Part shown: positions 10,461 through 19,518 of the stretch, one piece after another
How positions within the stretch are numbered: the stretch's first letter is position 1
Layout of the letters: every line of letters starts with the position of its first letter
Virus record (IMG/VR): IMGVR_UViG_3300035683_000204
Span: 1-41,325 of that record
Reading direction: 5' to 3' (one strand)
From: a virus
Taxonomy: Duplodnaviria > Caudoviricetes
Length of the DNA: 41,325 bases
Notes under the pieces: model-generated
What the model saw: only the letters and a program-made list of their open reading frames with translations
What the model was told of the DNA's origin: nothing
The model's database searches: none
Translations under genes and position numbers: made by a program

Positions 10461-10535
10461 GGGCGAGTGTGGGATTCGAACCCAGGTGATGAGGGGTATG
10501 CGGCCCCTCGCGCGTCGCCATGCGCCTCACCCGCC
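10461..10535 (-). tRNA. Atypical tRNA-like element (8-bp acceptor / 4-bp T stem, GCA at the anticodon position; possible pseudo-tRNA-Cys)
   Basis: GGCGGGTG AG GCGC ATGGCGAC GCGC GAGGGG CCGCATA CCCCTC ATCACC TGGG TTCGAAT CCCA CACTCGCC C folds as a full cloverleaf. Lacks U8, U33 and encoded CCA. Confidence 0.7.
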
Positions 10536-10542
10536 AGGAATG

Positions 10543-10619
10543 CCTTGGGGACCGCGCAGAACCTGCGCGGCCCCCAAGGTAGTGCTCCGGCCGCGCCGAG
10601 GTGGCGCGGCTGTCCAGGC
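10543..10619 (-). promoter_or_regulatory. Putative late promoter copy C with overlapping hairpin
   Basis: GCCTGGACA-N4-GCGCCACCT-N17-TACCTT, followed by an inverted repeat at 10543-10579. Confidence 0.7.
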
Positions 10620-10629
10620 AGCGAATCGG

Positions 10630-11019
10630 CTACGCGGAGGAGGGGAGCCGGTCGCGCCCCCGCCGCATCATCAGCTGCGGCGCGGAGCATCCGGGATCGG
10701 ATCCGCTGCGCGCGCAGCCGCGGCGCTGCGGGCGCCAGCTCACCTGGGCGTAGCGGATCCGCCTCCCGGCCTGCCGGGTCCAGCCGTCGAAGGTGGGCAC
10801 CAGGCTCTCCGCGTCCTGGTTGGTGGGGAGGGACACGGCAGGGATCGACTCCGCCGGCGCCGGCAGAGCCGCGGCCGCGCGCGCAGCGGATCCGATTCCG
10901 GACGCGGGGGGCGAGGCGACGGGCGCGCCCCTGGGCCCCGCCGGCCCTGCAGGGCTGGCGTCCATGGCCAGGAGGGTGACCGCCAGCGCGAGAAAGAAGA
11001 GGGCACGCTTGGGAACCAT
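10630..11019 (-). CDS. Hypothetical protein with signal-peptide-like N-terminus
   Basis: GAGGAG RBS; starts MVPKRALFFLALAVTLLAM; overlaps a long inverted repeat. Confidence 0.45.
   Translation of the reverse strand: MVPKRALFFLALAVTLLAMDASPAGPAGPRGAPVASPPASGIGSAARAAAALPAPAESIPAVSLPTNQDAESLVPTFDGWTRQAGRRIRYAQVSWRPQRRGCARSGSDPGCSAPQLMMRRGRDRLPSSA
10687..10905. repeat. 50-bp inverted repeat (10687-10736 / 10856-10905)
   Basis: 45/50 identity by hand alignment. Confidence 0.9.
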
Positions 11020-11116
11020 CGAGATCTCCTCTGGGGTGGAGGCGGGCGCCGGCGGATCCGGCGCCCGGTGCATCTCCGGCAGGCGGGGGTGCTCCTGCCA
11101 GCACCGCAGGCAGCTG

Positions 11117-13519
11117 TCAGATGACGGCCGCCTTCTGCACGCCGCGGTGGTCCAGGACGTTGCCGCCGTACTCGTGGCGGATCTTCCAGACCAGCTTGTC
11201 CGCCACCAGCATCTGCCCCGCGGTGGGGTTGTCGGCCATGAAGTACTCCGGCTCCTGCTGGTCGTTGAGGAAAGCGACCTCGATGATGTCCACCTCGGCC
11301 GGGTCGCCGAAGACGTAGTAGTCCGTCGCGTCGGTGAGGAACGGCGGCACCAGGATGTTCTCCCCGTTGGCCCCGAAGCGCCCCTGCCACTCGTTGTCGC
11401 TGTCGCTCGTCCCCTTCTTGTTCAGGTTGGTTGCGGCCGGCTTCAGCTCGATGGGGACGGCCAGCAGGTGAGGCCGCAGCGCGAGCGCCTCCTGGCTGTC
11501 GGCCTCCTGCTGCTTGAACAGGTTCTGCTCCATCTTGTTCAGCGCCGCGGCGCTGAACGGGTCGGTGATCAGGTTGCCGTGGGCGGCGTGGAAGAGCGTC
11601 AGCCCATCGTAGGCGGTCACCGGGTTGGAGAGGATCAGGTTCCAGCAGAACCGCGCGTAGGTGCGCTTGGCGGCCCGGCCGAGGCGGTTGGTCAGCCGCG
11701 AGACGTGCCCGACGTCGTCGTTGATGATGTGCTTCCTGGTGATGGTGACCAGCCCTCCCTTCTGGCCGACCTGGTACTCCACCGGGTCCTCCCCGTACAC
11801 GCTGATGTCCTGGTAGTCCGCGGTCTCGGGGTTCACGTTGGGGATGTCCCCGAAGCCGCCGAGGCGGATCACGGTCACCTTGCGGAAGTCGCGCACCCCC
11901 CCGGGGCGGATGCGGACGAACCGGCTCTCCCCGTAGTCCACCGCCGCGTACTCGCGGGCGAGGGAGCGGTTCATGGTGTTGCTGACCACCGTCGGGAGCG
12001 TGGTGCTGTCGAAGCCGGCGGCCTGGATCGTCGCCCACTCCGAGGCCTGCAGCGTGCCGTCGACGTTGGGGTCCAGCCCCTGGGTGATGTGCTCGTAGAG
12101 CCCGCGGATGCTCAGGGGGCGGATCGTCTTCAGCTCGCTGTTCTCCGGCACCAGGCCGAAGCTGCGGTCGAAGCCGGCCTGGAGCCTGTCCAGCGGCTCC
12201 ACCTGGACCGACGCGCTGACGCCCGAGCGGCCGATGCCGAGGCCCTGCACCGGAGTGGGGGTCAGCTGCGCCAGGTACGAGCGCTCGCCGTCGATCGCCG
12301 CCTGGATCTGCGCGTCGTCCAGAACGCGGCCCTTGGTCACCTCGCGGATCCGCTTCAGCGCTGCGGCCGGCAGCTTGCTCTCGCCGAGCGCGCGCTCCAG
12401 GCGGATCTCGGTGGCGAGCACTCGCACCTCCTCGGTGCCGGCGTCGGCGGCCGGCGGCTCGCGGAACGCCGTGGCGATCTCCTCCGCGTTGGCGAGCTGG
12501 AGGAGCTGCGCCCCCTCCATCGTGTCCAGGGTCCTGCCCTGGAGGACCTGCGGGCGGCTCGCCTGGATGGCGGCCCACAAGCGCTTCAGCTGGTCCGGAT
12601 TCATCCCGCTGTTCTCCTCGTGGTGGGTGTCGGCCGCGCTCGCGGCCAGGTCTACGAAGCGCCCGCCAGCACCGGCCCGCTTCACGATGTCGAGGCTATC
12701 GCACTTGCTGGCCTCGAGGGCGAAGTAGTAATCGATCCCGCCATGCTTCCGGACCTCGCCGCGCCCGTCCGCGTCGATGCTCAGGCCCCAGAAGTCCCGC
12801 TTCTTCTTCTCGTAGGCGAAGAGCAGCTCCTGCCGCTTGGCTCCCCCGATCCCGGTGGGGAGGAGGTGTACCTTCCCGCGCAGCCGGCCGGGCTCGATCG
12901 TGACGCCGTCCACCCAGCCGGCCCGCTGAGCCTGCAGCTTCTGGCTGCGGTCCGGCTTGTGCCCCGTGGCGGTGTCGTCCAGCGCGAACACGTCGGCACC
13001 GTCGACCAGCGGTGCCAGGCTCTTGAGGTACTCCTCGGTCACGTAGACCGGCATGCGGCGCCCGTCGGCGAGCTGCACGGCCGCGGTGGACGGCCCCACC
13101 TCCATGATCACCACCTGCCATGCGGATCCGTCCGGCTTGCCGCCCTCGGCCGCCAGCAGGGTGGCGGCCTGAACCGTCGGCTGCTCGATGGTGACCGGGA
13201 CGTACTCGGTCTCGACCTGCTCCGCCGTGCCGAACGTGACGTCGCCGGCGTCGCTGATGGTGAAGGGCACGCGGTACATCTTCAGGCCGGCACGCACGAT
13301 CACCTCCGTGTCGAACACGTCCACCGGCTCCCAGTCGTTCTGGGCGAGATCTCCGCCGAGGGAGCGGCGGGCCCACACGGCGCGCCGCACGGCCGACACC
13401 TTCCACTCGATGCTCCTCGCGGTCTGCACCAGCTCCCCCCCCGCCGCCTGCAGCACGGCCGCGAGGAGGACCGCCGTCCCCGCATTGCCCGGCAGGAGCC
13501 CCGCGTCGCGGCCGCCCAC
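11117..13519 (-). CDS. Fused prohead protease/scaffold - major capsid protein (Mu gpT-like C-terminus)
   Basis: 800 aa. GLSID protease-like motif; capsid motifs VRDFRK, ITRKHIINDD, YDGLTLFHAAHGNL. Confidence 0.88.
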   Translation of the reverse strand: MGGRDAGLLPGNAGTAVLLAAVLQAAGGELVQTARSIEWKVSAVRRAVWARRSLGGDLAQNDWEPVDVFDTEVIVRAGLKMYRVPFTISDAGDVTFGTAEQVETEYVPVTIEQPTVQAATLLAAEGGKPDGSAWQVVIMEVGPSTAAVQLADGRRMPVYVTEEYLKSLAPLVDGADVFALDDTATGHKPDRSQKLQAQRAGWVDGVTIEPGRLRGKVHLLPTGIGGAKRQELLFAYEKKKRDFWGLSIDADGRGEVRKHGGIDYYFALEASKCDSLDIVKRAGAGGRFVDLAASAADTHHEENSGMNPDQLKRLWAAIQASRPQVLQGRTLDTMEGAQLLQLANAEEIATAFREPPAADAGTEEVRVLATEIRLERALGESKLPAAALKRIREVTKGRVLDDAQIQAAIDGERSYLAQLTPTPVQGLGIGRSGVSASVQVEPLDRLQAGFDRSFGLVPENSELKTIRPLSIRGLYEHITQGLDPNVDGTLQASEWATIQAAGFDSTTLPTVVSNTMNRSLAREYAAVDYGESRFVRIRPGGVRDFRKVTVIRLGGFGDIPNVNPETADYQDISVYGEDPVEYQVGQKGGLVTITRKHIINDDVGHVSRLTNRLGRAAKRTYARFCWNLILSNPVTAYDGLTLFHAAHGNLITDPFSAAALNKMEQNLFKQQEADSQEALALRPHLLAVPIELKPAATNLNKKGTSDSDNEWQGRFGANGENILVPPFLTDATDYYVFGDPAEVDIIEVAFLNDQQEPEYFMADNPTAGQMLVADKLVWKIRHEYGGNVLDHRGVQKAAVI

Positions 13520-13520
13520 G

Positions 13521-13778
13521 TCAGGCCCCCTCGCCGGCGGCGGCGGGCTTGCCCTTGCTGTCCTTCCGGGCGCTGAACTTGGAGCCGTCGACGGTGACCA
13601 CGCGCACCTCCGCCTCCGTCTCCCGCCAGGCCAGCACCTCCTTGGCGGCGAGCGGCCTCATCTGCACCTCCTCAGTGCCCTTCTTCTTCACGGGCAGCCC
13701 GTCCTTCAGCACCGGGCGCTGAACCAGCGTCCGGAGTGCGGACGGCATGGGTCCGGTCTGTGCCTCGCTCTCCGTCAT
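13521..13778 (-). CDS. Small phage protein (VVTVDGSKF motif)
   Basis: AGGAG RBS; 85 aa between the head morphogenesis and capsid genes. Confidence 0.6.
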   Translation of the reverse strand: MTESEAQTGPMPSALRTLVQRPVLKDGLPVKKKGTEEVQMRPLAAKEVLAWRETEAEVRVVTVDGSKFSARKDSKGKPAAAGEGA

Positions 13779-13798
13779 TCCCGATCTCCTGTTGGGGT

Positions 13799-14608
13799 TC
13801 ACGTCCAGTCCGCCTTCCACGGTACGGACTCGCAGCCGCATCCGACCACGTTCTCCGCCGAGGCGCCGGCCTGCCTCGGATGCCTCATCTCTTCCCCGCC
13901 CACCGACCACGTCTGCTCCACCTCGCGGACTGTCTTGTCGATCGCCCGGTGCGTCGCTCGCGACTTGCCCGACCACCGCCATTCCTTCTTAAGACCGTCC
14001 ACCACCCTCGCGCCCTGCACCAGCCGGAGGTCACCGGCCTCGGAGTGGATCCGTCCCATTTCGGTACGGACCACCATTTCAGCGCGGAACTTCACGAAGC
14101 GGAACGGCCCCGGGCCGTCGAGCGTCTCGCCTACCGCTTTCATCACCTCGTGGGGCGACTTCCCCCCGAGCACACCGAGCCGCACCTGCTTGCCGATCGC
14201 CGCCTTCGCGTCTGCGGTGATGCCCTTCACTTTGTCCGGCGCGTACCCCGTCAGCGTCTCGATCAGGGAGTCGGTGATCAGTGGCTCACCGATCCGGATC
14301 CCGCCCAAACGCAGCGGTCCGTCCACCATCTGCGGGCCCAGCTCGGCCGCGGCGCCCCAGAACGGCGAGGTGGCCGCGTCTACCTTTCCCGTCCACCGCT
14401 CCACCACCCGGTCAAGCTCGCCGAGGAGCTGCGGCAACCGAGCCGAGTCGAAGTCGCTCGGGGTGGCGGCGAGGGTCTTCTGGATCTCCTCCTGCAGGTC
14501 CAGCACGGTCTCCAGCACCCTGGCCACCCCTGCACGCCGCTGCTCCGCCCGGCGCTCGATCTCCTCCTGGATGGCATCGCCGACGCCCTTCTTCTTCCTG
14601 GGGCTCAC
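13799..14608 (-). CDS. Minor head morphogenesis protein (Mu gpF / SPP1 gp7-like)
   Basis: RAEMVVRTE, KKEW, R.TH and ENVVGCGC motifs; follows the portal. Confidence 0.88.
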   Translation of the reverse strand: MSPRKKKGVGDAIQEEIERRAEQRRAGVARVLETVLDLQEEIQKTLAATPSDFDSARLPQLLGELDRVVERWTGKVDAATSPFWGAAAELGPQMVDGPLRLGGIRIGEPLITDSLIETLTGYAPDKVKGITADAKAAIGKQVRLGVLGGKSPHEVMKAVGETLDGPGPFRFVKFRAEMVVRTEMGRIHSEAGDLRLVQGARVVDGLKKEWRWSGKSRATHRAIDKTVREVEQTWSVGGEEMRHPRQAGASAENVVGCGCESVPWKADWT

Positions 14609-16041
14609 GACGCCAGGCGCCGGTCAAACCCCCGCCCCGCCTGGTCGGCGAGTGTGTCCTGCTGCTGCCGGCGGGCCTTCTCCAGCATGTCCTCCACATC
14701 GACCTCCACGCCGATGTGCGCGCCCATCGCTCCCACGAACTGCCCGATCACCTCGTCGCTGATCAGCCCGTCGCTCCTCAGGAGGACTGCCGCGTTTGCG
14801 ACCGCCTGGAAGGCGGCACCGATGCGGCTCAGGTCGCGGGTGGAGATGTCCGGCCAGGTGAGGTTGAACTCCCGTGTCTCGGGCGTGTCGCGCAGGAAGC
14901 CCACCTCGATCCCGCGCTCCACCTGGGCGGCGAGCGTGTCCTCCACGACGTTGCCGTAGCGGCGCTGCTTGGAGGACATGCTCTTGACCATCGCTTCGTC
15001 CATCGACCCGGACGTGGAGCGGTTCACGTCACCACCACCACCGTAGTGGTGCTCGCCGATCCCGGCGCCGCCCAGGATGTGGTTCCTTTGGAGCCTCGCG
15101 GCTTCGTTGTCGTTGGCGGCGGACCCCATCTCGGGGCCGACCAGGCGCCGCTTGACCTTTTCGTTGTGGCCGAAGGAGGAGAACGGCCGCGGGGGCATCA
15201 GCCCCGCCATGTACTCGTTGATCTGATCCTGGGAGAAGCCGGTCAGCTCGTAGTCCCAGAAGTAGCTCGCGAGCGCCCGGTTCCGGGCCAGCATGGAGAA
15301 GAGGAGCTGCTCGTACCCGTCGACGCTGTCCGCCAGCGCGAACAGCTCCGAGACGCCGCGCTTCGCCGTGCTCAGCTTGTTGATCGCATGGAGCTGGATC
15401 TCGCCGTCTGCAAAGCGCTCGCGCTCCAGGAGCGCGTGCGGGCTCAGGACCTGCTCGGGCGGCCCCAGGAGCACGGTCCGCAGGCGGAGCTCGCCGCGGC
15501 CGCCGCCGTATCCCTTGGTCACCACGCCGATCGGCACGGTGGCGTTGCCGGGGTCCGTAACCACCTCCTTGATCTGCGCAGGGTCGAGCACACCCAGGCG
15601 CATGATGCCGGAGTACGGGTTCCCGAATACCGGCCAGGCCTGCTCGCCAAACAGGTGGAGCTCGCGGCACCTCACCTCCATGTGGCGCTTCCACCGGTTG
15701 ACCGGGTCGTTCCAGAACTGGAGCAGGAAGGCCTTCGTCCGCGGATCGCTGGAGCTGAGCTTGACGCCCTCCCCTACGATCCACTCGGAGTACAGGTCAA
15801 GGATCCGGCGGGCGAGCGGGTTCCGCCCGCCGAGGTAGACCGCCACCTCGATCATCCTGTCGTGCGTCATCGCCGGCAGGTCTCGGCGGCTCTCCGTCAG
15901 GCGCCGGTACCCGTCATCCTCGCGCTGGCGCGCAGCCGGGAGCCCCGCGGCCTGGATGCGCTCGGCTACCCGCTCCTCGATCGCGTTGCCGAGGAACCGG
16001 TCCACCACCCACCCGCCGAGAGCCCGAAGACTCATGACCAT
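14605..16041 (-). CDS. Portal protein
   Basis: 478 aa between TerL and gpF; motifs NPLARRI, RGVSEL, VNRSTS. Confidence 0.85.
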   Translation of the reverse strand: MVMSLRALGGWVVDRFLGNAIEERVAERIQAAGLPAARQREDDGYRRLTESRRDLPAMTHDRMIEVAVYLGGRNPLARRILDLYSEWIVGEGVKLSSSDPRTKAFLLQFWNDPVNRWKRHMEVRCRELHLFGEQAWPVFGNPYSGIMRLGVLDPAQIKEVVTDPGNATVPIGVVTKGYGGGRGELRLRTVLLGPPEQVLSPHALLERERFADGEIQLHAINKLSTAKRGVSELFALADSVDGYEQLLFSMLARNRALASYFWDYELTGFSQDQINEYMAGLMPPRPFSSFGHNEKVKRRLVGPEMGSAANDNEAARLQRNHILGGAGIGEHHYGGGGDVNRSTSGSMDEAMVKSMSSKQRRYGNVVEDTLAAQVERGIEVGFLRDTPETREFNLTWPDISTRDLSRIGAAFQAVANAAVLLRSDGLISDEVIGQFVGAMGAHIGVEVDVEDMLEKARRQQQDTLADQAGRGFDRRLAS

Positions 16042-17810
16042 CCTCCAGTCCCAAAGCCCAACTGCTCGCCCATGCGGGGGACCTGCACCCCGCCGGCATC
16101 GTCAAAGAGTCCTTCGCGGCCGAGCGCGTCTTCCGCAGTCAGCCGGCCTGCATCCTTCGCCGGCGCCAGACTGGAGCACGCGGCGGTCACCTCTTCGAAC
16201 TGGCCCTCGCCGACGGTGAGGCACTGGTCGATGGCATCCCAGACGTCATCCTTGGGGTGCTGCCCATAGTAGGAGATCTGCTCCTTGGCCGCGGCAGAGA
16301 GCTCGTCGGAGAACAGGATCGTCTCCGACACGACGCCCCCCCGGCGCGACTTGATCCGCAGATCCTTGTCTCCCTTCGGTGGGCCGGCGACCAGGTTGAT
16401 TGTGACCTGTGCCGCGCGCGCCGCCTTCTGGAGATCCTCGTCATACGAGCTGAGGGCCACCTTCTCCACGCCGGCGAAGTGGATCCGCCTGAGCACGTGC
16501 CGCGCGATGATTGCCGACTGCACCTGGTCCGGCGGGAGCGCCTCGGCGAGCACCCACCGGACTACGCGGCGCCCGTCCCGGATAAAGTCGATCTCCACCA
16601 CGGCCGACGTGTCGCTGATGGTGGTGCCGCGCGACGGGTCCCAGAAGATGCCCGTGGCGAGCACGTCGTCTTCTGCGGGAAGCTCCTCCCTGGACCGGTA
16701 GTTGATCGTGGGGAAGTAGCTCCCCGCGGGGTCAAACGGATCGTTCTGCCTCTCCGAGAGGAAGCTGCCGAGGTCCTCAGCCCGCTCCGTCATGAGGCCG
16801 TACAGGGTGAACTGCTCCGGCCACAGCACCACCGCGCCTCGGTCCATCCGGGTGCGGTTCGCCACGTAGAACGCGCGCGCCGCCGCCTTCCGGTCCGGCA
16901 GGCTGCGATCGTGGTAGATGGCTTCCCACTCGCGCCACAGGCCGTCGAGCTCTTCCGGGTAGGAGACCAGGGCGCGGTGGATGTCCGCGTCGCTCTCCAC
17001 CTGGTGCTTTAGGAACGACTCGGCGTGGAGGATGGTGCCGACGATGATGTAGACCGCTGCGCGCCCGAGCTTCCGCACCACCTTGTTCCACCACGCCGCC
17101 TTCTTCCGCCGGCGCTTCGGGTTGTGGACCTCCTGGTCGTTCTCCAGGTCGTCTCCGAAGATCAGGTCCGGGCGGAAGCGCCTCCACCGGGCGCCGCGGA
17201 TCGCCTTGCCGCTGCCCGCCGCGGCGATCACGCACTCGGTCCCCAGCACCAGGAAGTTCACGCGCGGCTTCTCCAGGTAGACCCCCAGCTCGGGGTAGAC
17301 GGCCTGGAGCCGTTCGTTCGTGTCGATCTCGGTGCGGATGTCACTCAGGATCCCGCGCGCCTGGTCGCTGGTGTCGGAGGTGATCACCGCGAATCGCCTC
17401 AGCTGGTTGGCGGCCGCCCAGATCGCCGCCCACGCGGTACCCACCACCGACTTGGCGCACTCGCGGGGGTACGCCCGGGCAATGGTGTCCTCCTCGGTCT
17501 CGCCATGCACCAGCGCGGTAATGTCATCGGCGAGCTTGCGATGGAATGGGGCGCTCGCGATCTCCCGGCCCTTCCTGTCCTTCCGCCAGTCCTGCCCGAA
17601 GTACGTCCAGAAGAGCCAGTAGGAAGCGGCGAACTCGGCCTGGATCGCTTCCAGGGGCGCATCTTCGGGCAGCTCCAGGAACACCCGCGCGTCCGCCCGG
17701 ATCTCCTCCCGCGCTTCTTCCAGCGCCTCTTCATCACTCAGCTCCGGCGGAGCAGGCTCCGGCACCAGGTCATCAAGGGCATCGGAACCCGGAAAGCGGA
17801 TGACGCTCAA
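16032..17810 (-). CDS. terL: Terminase large subunit
   Basis: Walker A-like PRECAKS, RPDLIFGDDLE, VGTILH, nuclease WDPS and DDVWDA. TTG start at 17810 after GGGAGG. Confidence 0.92.
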   Translation of the reverse strand: MSVIRFPGSDALDDLVPEPAPPELSDEEALEEAREEIRADARVFLELPEDAPLEAIQAEFAASYWLFWTYFGQDWRKDRKGREIASAPFHRKLADDITALVHGETEEDTIARAYPRECAKSVVGTAWAAIWAAANQLRRFAVITSDTSDQARGILSDIRTEIDTNERLQAVYPELGVYLEKPRVNFLVLGTECVIAAAGSGKAIRGARWRRFRPDLIFGDDLENDQEVHNPKRRRKKAAWWNKVVRKLGRAAVYIIVGTILHAESFLKHQVESDADIHRALVSYPEELDGLWREWEAIYHDRSLPDRKAAARAFYVANRTRMDRGAVVLWPEQFTLYGLMTERAEDLGSFLSERQNDPFDPAGSYFPTINYRSREELPAEDDVLATGIFWDPSRGTTISDTSAVVEIDFIRDGRRVVRWVLAEALPPDQVQSAIIARHVLRRIHFAGVEKVALSSYDEDLQKAARAAQVTINLVAGPPKGDKDLRIKSRRGGVVSETILFSDELSAAAKEQISYYGQHPKDDVWDAIDQCLTVGEGQFEEVTAACSSLAPAKDAGRLTAEDALGREGLFDDAGGVQVPRMGEQLGFGTGGWS

Positions 17811-17865
17811 GATGCCTCCCAGACGCGCGCGACCCCCGCACCGGCCCACGAGCCGACGCAAGGCC

Positions 17866-17912
17866 GGATCGTGTGCGTAGGGCCGTTGCGCAACGTCGCG
17901 GCGGGCATTCCG
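17866..17912. promoter_or_regulatory. GGATCGTG-N11-GTTGCGCAACGTCGCGG motif upstream of terL
   Basis: Palindrome GTTGCGCAAC; the same motif and spacing occur inside both 96-bp inverted repeats. Confidence 0.6.
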
Positions 17913-17954
17913 GCGTTCATTCTCAACTTTTGGTGGGAGCCGGTGAGGAGGCGG

Positions 17955-18146
17955 TCAGATCGAGGGGTTCCGAAGCCAGATTGGCGCACAGGCCGGCAGA
18001 GGGTCAGCGGAGGGTTTGACTTCACCTGTCCACCCGCGGACGTCCGCGGCTTCCATCAGCTCGCGTCGCTCCTGGCAGGTGCAGCACGTGCACCCCACGC
18101 GGAGCGGGGGCAGCTCGGCCAGCCGCGCCGCGGCCGCCGGAGTCAC
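17955..18146 (-). CDS. Small Cys-rich hypothetical protein
   Basis: Start overlaps the terS stop; CTCCTC. Confidence 0.4.
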   Translation of the reverse strand: MTPAAAARLAELPPLRVGCTCCTCQERRELMEAADVRGWTGEVKPSADPLPACAPIWLRNPSI

Positions 18147-18580
18147 ACGGGCTCCTCGATCTCGGCGCGTCGCAGCTCCGCGCGCAGGTCCGCAAGGATC
18201 GTCTTGCGCCGGGCCTGGATCAGCGGAGCGAGAGCGGGCTCCCGCATCAGCACCACCAGCAGCCGCTCCGCCACACGCATCGGGTCCGGGTTGGGATCGC
18301 GGGGTGAGTCCAGGCCTGCCAGGCGGGCCATGGTGGCTGCGGCATACGCCTGCTGCGGGTCCGCCGACTCCCGCGCCGCCTGCGTCAGGCTGACCACCAG
18401 CTGAGCTGCTTCGCGCTCCAGCTGGCGGTTCCGCTCGCGGATCCCCGGCCAGTCATCCTCTCCTGACCAGCGCTGGAGCGTGGCCCGGCTGATGCCCAGC
18501 CTCTCCACGAGCCAGGTCAGGGAGCGGCCGGCGACGTACAGGTCGCGAGCTCGCGTGCGGTTGGAGAGGTCGTAGGCCAC
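18143..18580 (-). CDS. HTH protein, probable terminase small subunit (DUF1804-like)
   Basis: ARDLYVAGRSL...LGISRATLQRW...DDW; upstream of terL. Confidence 0.72.
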   Translation of the reverse strand: MAYDLSNRTRARDLYVAGRSLTWLVERLGISRATLQRWSGEDDWPGIRERNRQLEREAAQLVVSLTQAARESADPQQAYAAATMARLAGLDSPRDPNPDPMRVAERLLVVLMREPALAPLIQARRKTILADLRAELRRAEIEEPV

Positions 18581-18581
18581 C

Positions 18582-18737
18582 CTACGAAGCCGCGTTGCGG
18601 GCGGCCTCCACGAGAGCGCGCATCGCGGCGGTGCGCTGCCGGAGCACGGCAACGTTCACCTCCCCCAGCACCCGCTCCGCCCGGCGCCGAAGCGCCCAGA
18701 CGCGGACCCGCTGCGCCAGCTGGTGCACCGCGCTCAT
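18582..18737 (-). CDS. Small basic hypothetical protein
   Basis: 51 aa; GGAGG RBS; translationally coupled. Confidence 0.5.
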   Translation of the reverse strand: MSAVHQLAQRVRVWALRRRAERVLGEVNVAVLRQRTAAMRALVEAARNAAS

Positions 18738-18967
18738 TCCGGTCCTCCCGCGCGCAGCGCCATGGCCTGGCGCACGTGATCGAGCACGACGCCGAAATCG
18801 CCCTGCGCCTGCAGGTGCTCGCGCACCCACGTGTTCAGCTCGCGATTCTCCCTGTGGAGCACGTAGCACCAGCGGAGCACACCCAGGAGCACGCCAAGGA
18901 GAACCAGGGAGACGGCGACCTGGCTCTTGAGGACCGCCTCCCACGCGTGCAATTTCTCGGGAGTCAC
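18734..18967 (-). CDS. Single-TM membrane protein (holin-like), first late gene
   Basis: VAVSLVLLGVLLGVL followed by a coiled coil; start uncertain. Confidence 0.55.
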   Translation of the reverse strand: MTPEKLHAWEAVLKSQVAVSLVLLGVLLGVLRWCYVLHRENRELNTWVREHLQAQGDFGVVLDHVRQAMALRAGGPE

Positions 18968-19045
18968 GTCGGCGTTTGTCGAGGGGACACGGGAAGCGAC
19001 ACGGGGAGAGCGGCGGACGGCGCGGCGGCGGGCGGGAACGCAGGC

Positions 19046-19119
19046 GGGGCCGTGCTGCGCTTGCAGCACGGCCCCAAGGTAATTCGGCGCCGGGGGGAAG
19101 GTGGCGCCGTTGTCCAGGC
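19046..19119 (-). promoter_or_regulatory. Putative late promoter copy A with hairpin
   Basis: GCCTGGACAACGGCGCCACCT-N17-TACCTT then a 13-bp stem; heads the late operon. Confidence 0.75.
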
Positions 19120-19134
19120 GCGCAAAGCCTCCTC

Positions 19135-19182
19135 CACCGAATACGGGGGGCCGTCCGCTGGGACGGCCCCCCGTATTCGGTG
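19135..19182. terminator. Perfect 22-bp hairpin, probable terminator insulating the late operon
   Basis: CACCGAATACGGGGGGCCGTCC gctg GGACGGCCCCCCGTATTCGGTG. Confidence 0.7.
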
Positions 19183-19209
19183 CGTGTCGGCGGGTGCAGG
19201 CGCCGCTCC

Positions 19210-19518
19210 CTATCTGCCCCCAGCAGCGCGAAGCTCCCGGCGCACGCAACCTCTGTATAGCCAGTACGACCCCTCGCCCGTCGCGGTCGCCATGCGCGTG
19301 CAGTGCTGCGCGATGCGTGCGGGCACGGAGGGGGCGGCGCGCAGCTCTTCCTTCGACCGCGCCTCCCTCCGCATGCACCCGGCCTTCATTTCGTAGCTTC
19401 CGCCCGACGCGCGGGACATCAACTCGCAAAACCGCTCACTGTCGAACTTCGGCAGATCGCCCCCCTGCGCAGCACCGGCGAGCAAGAGAAGCGGCAGGGC
19501 GAACACACGTAGCTTCAT
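19210..19518 (-). CDS. Small secreted 4-Cys protein
   Basis: Signal peptide MKLRVFALPLLLLAGAAQG; internal repeat GSY...GC.RRE twice. Confidence 0.75.
   Translation of the reverse strand: MKLRVFALPLLLLAGAAQGGDLPKFDSERFCELMSRASGGSYEMKAGCMRREARSKEELRAAPSVPARIAQHCTRMATATGEGSYWLYRGCVRRELRAAGGR

Noticed and set aside
10-18404. Long plus-strand ORFs (e.g. 10-2715, 10793-13576, 14281-16269)
   Set aside because: Antisense shadows of high-GC structural genes; no motifs.
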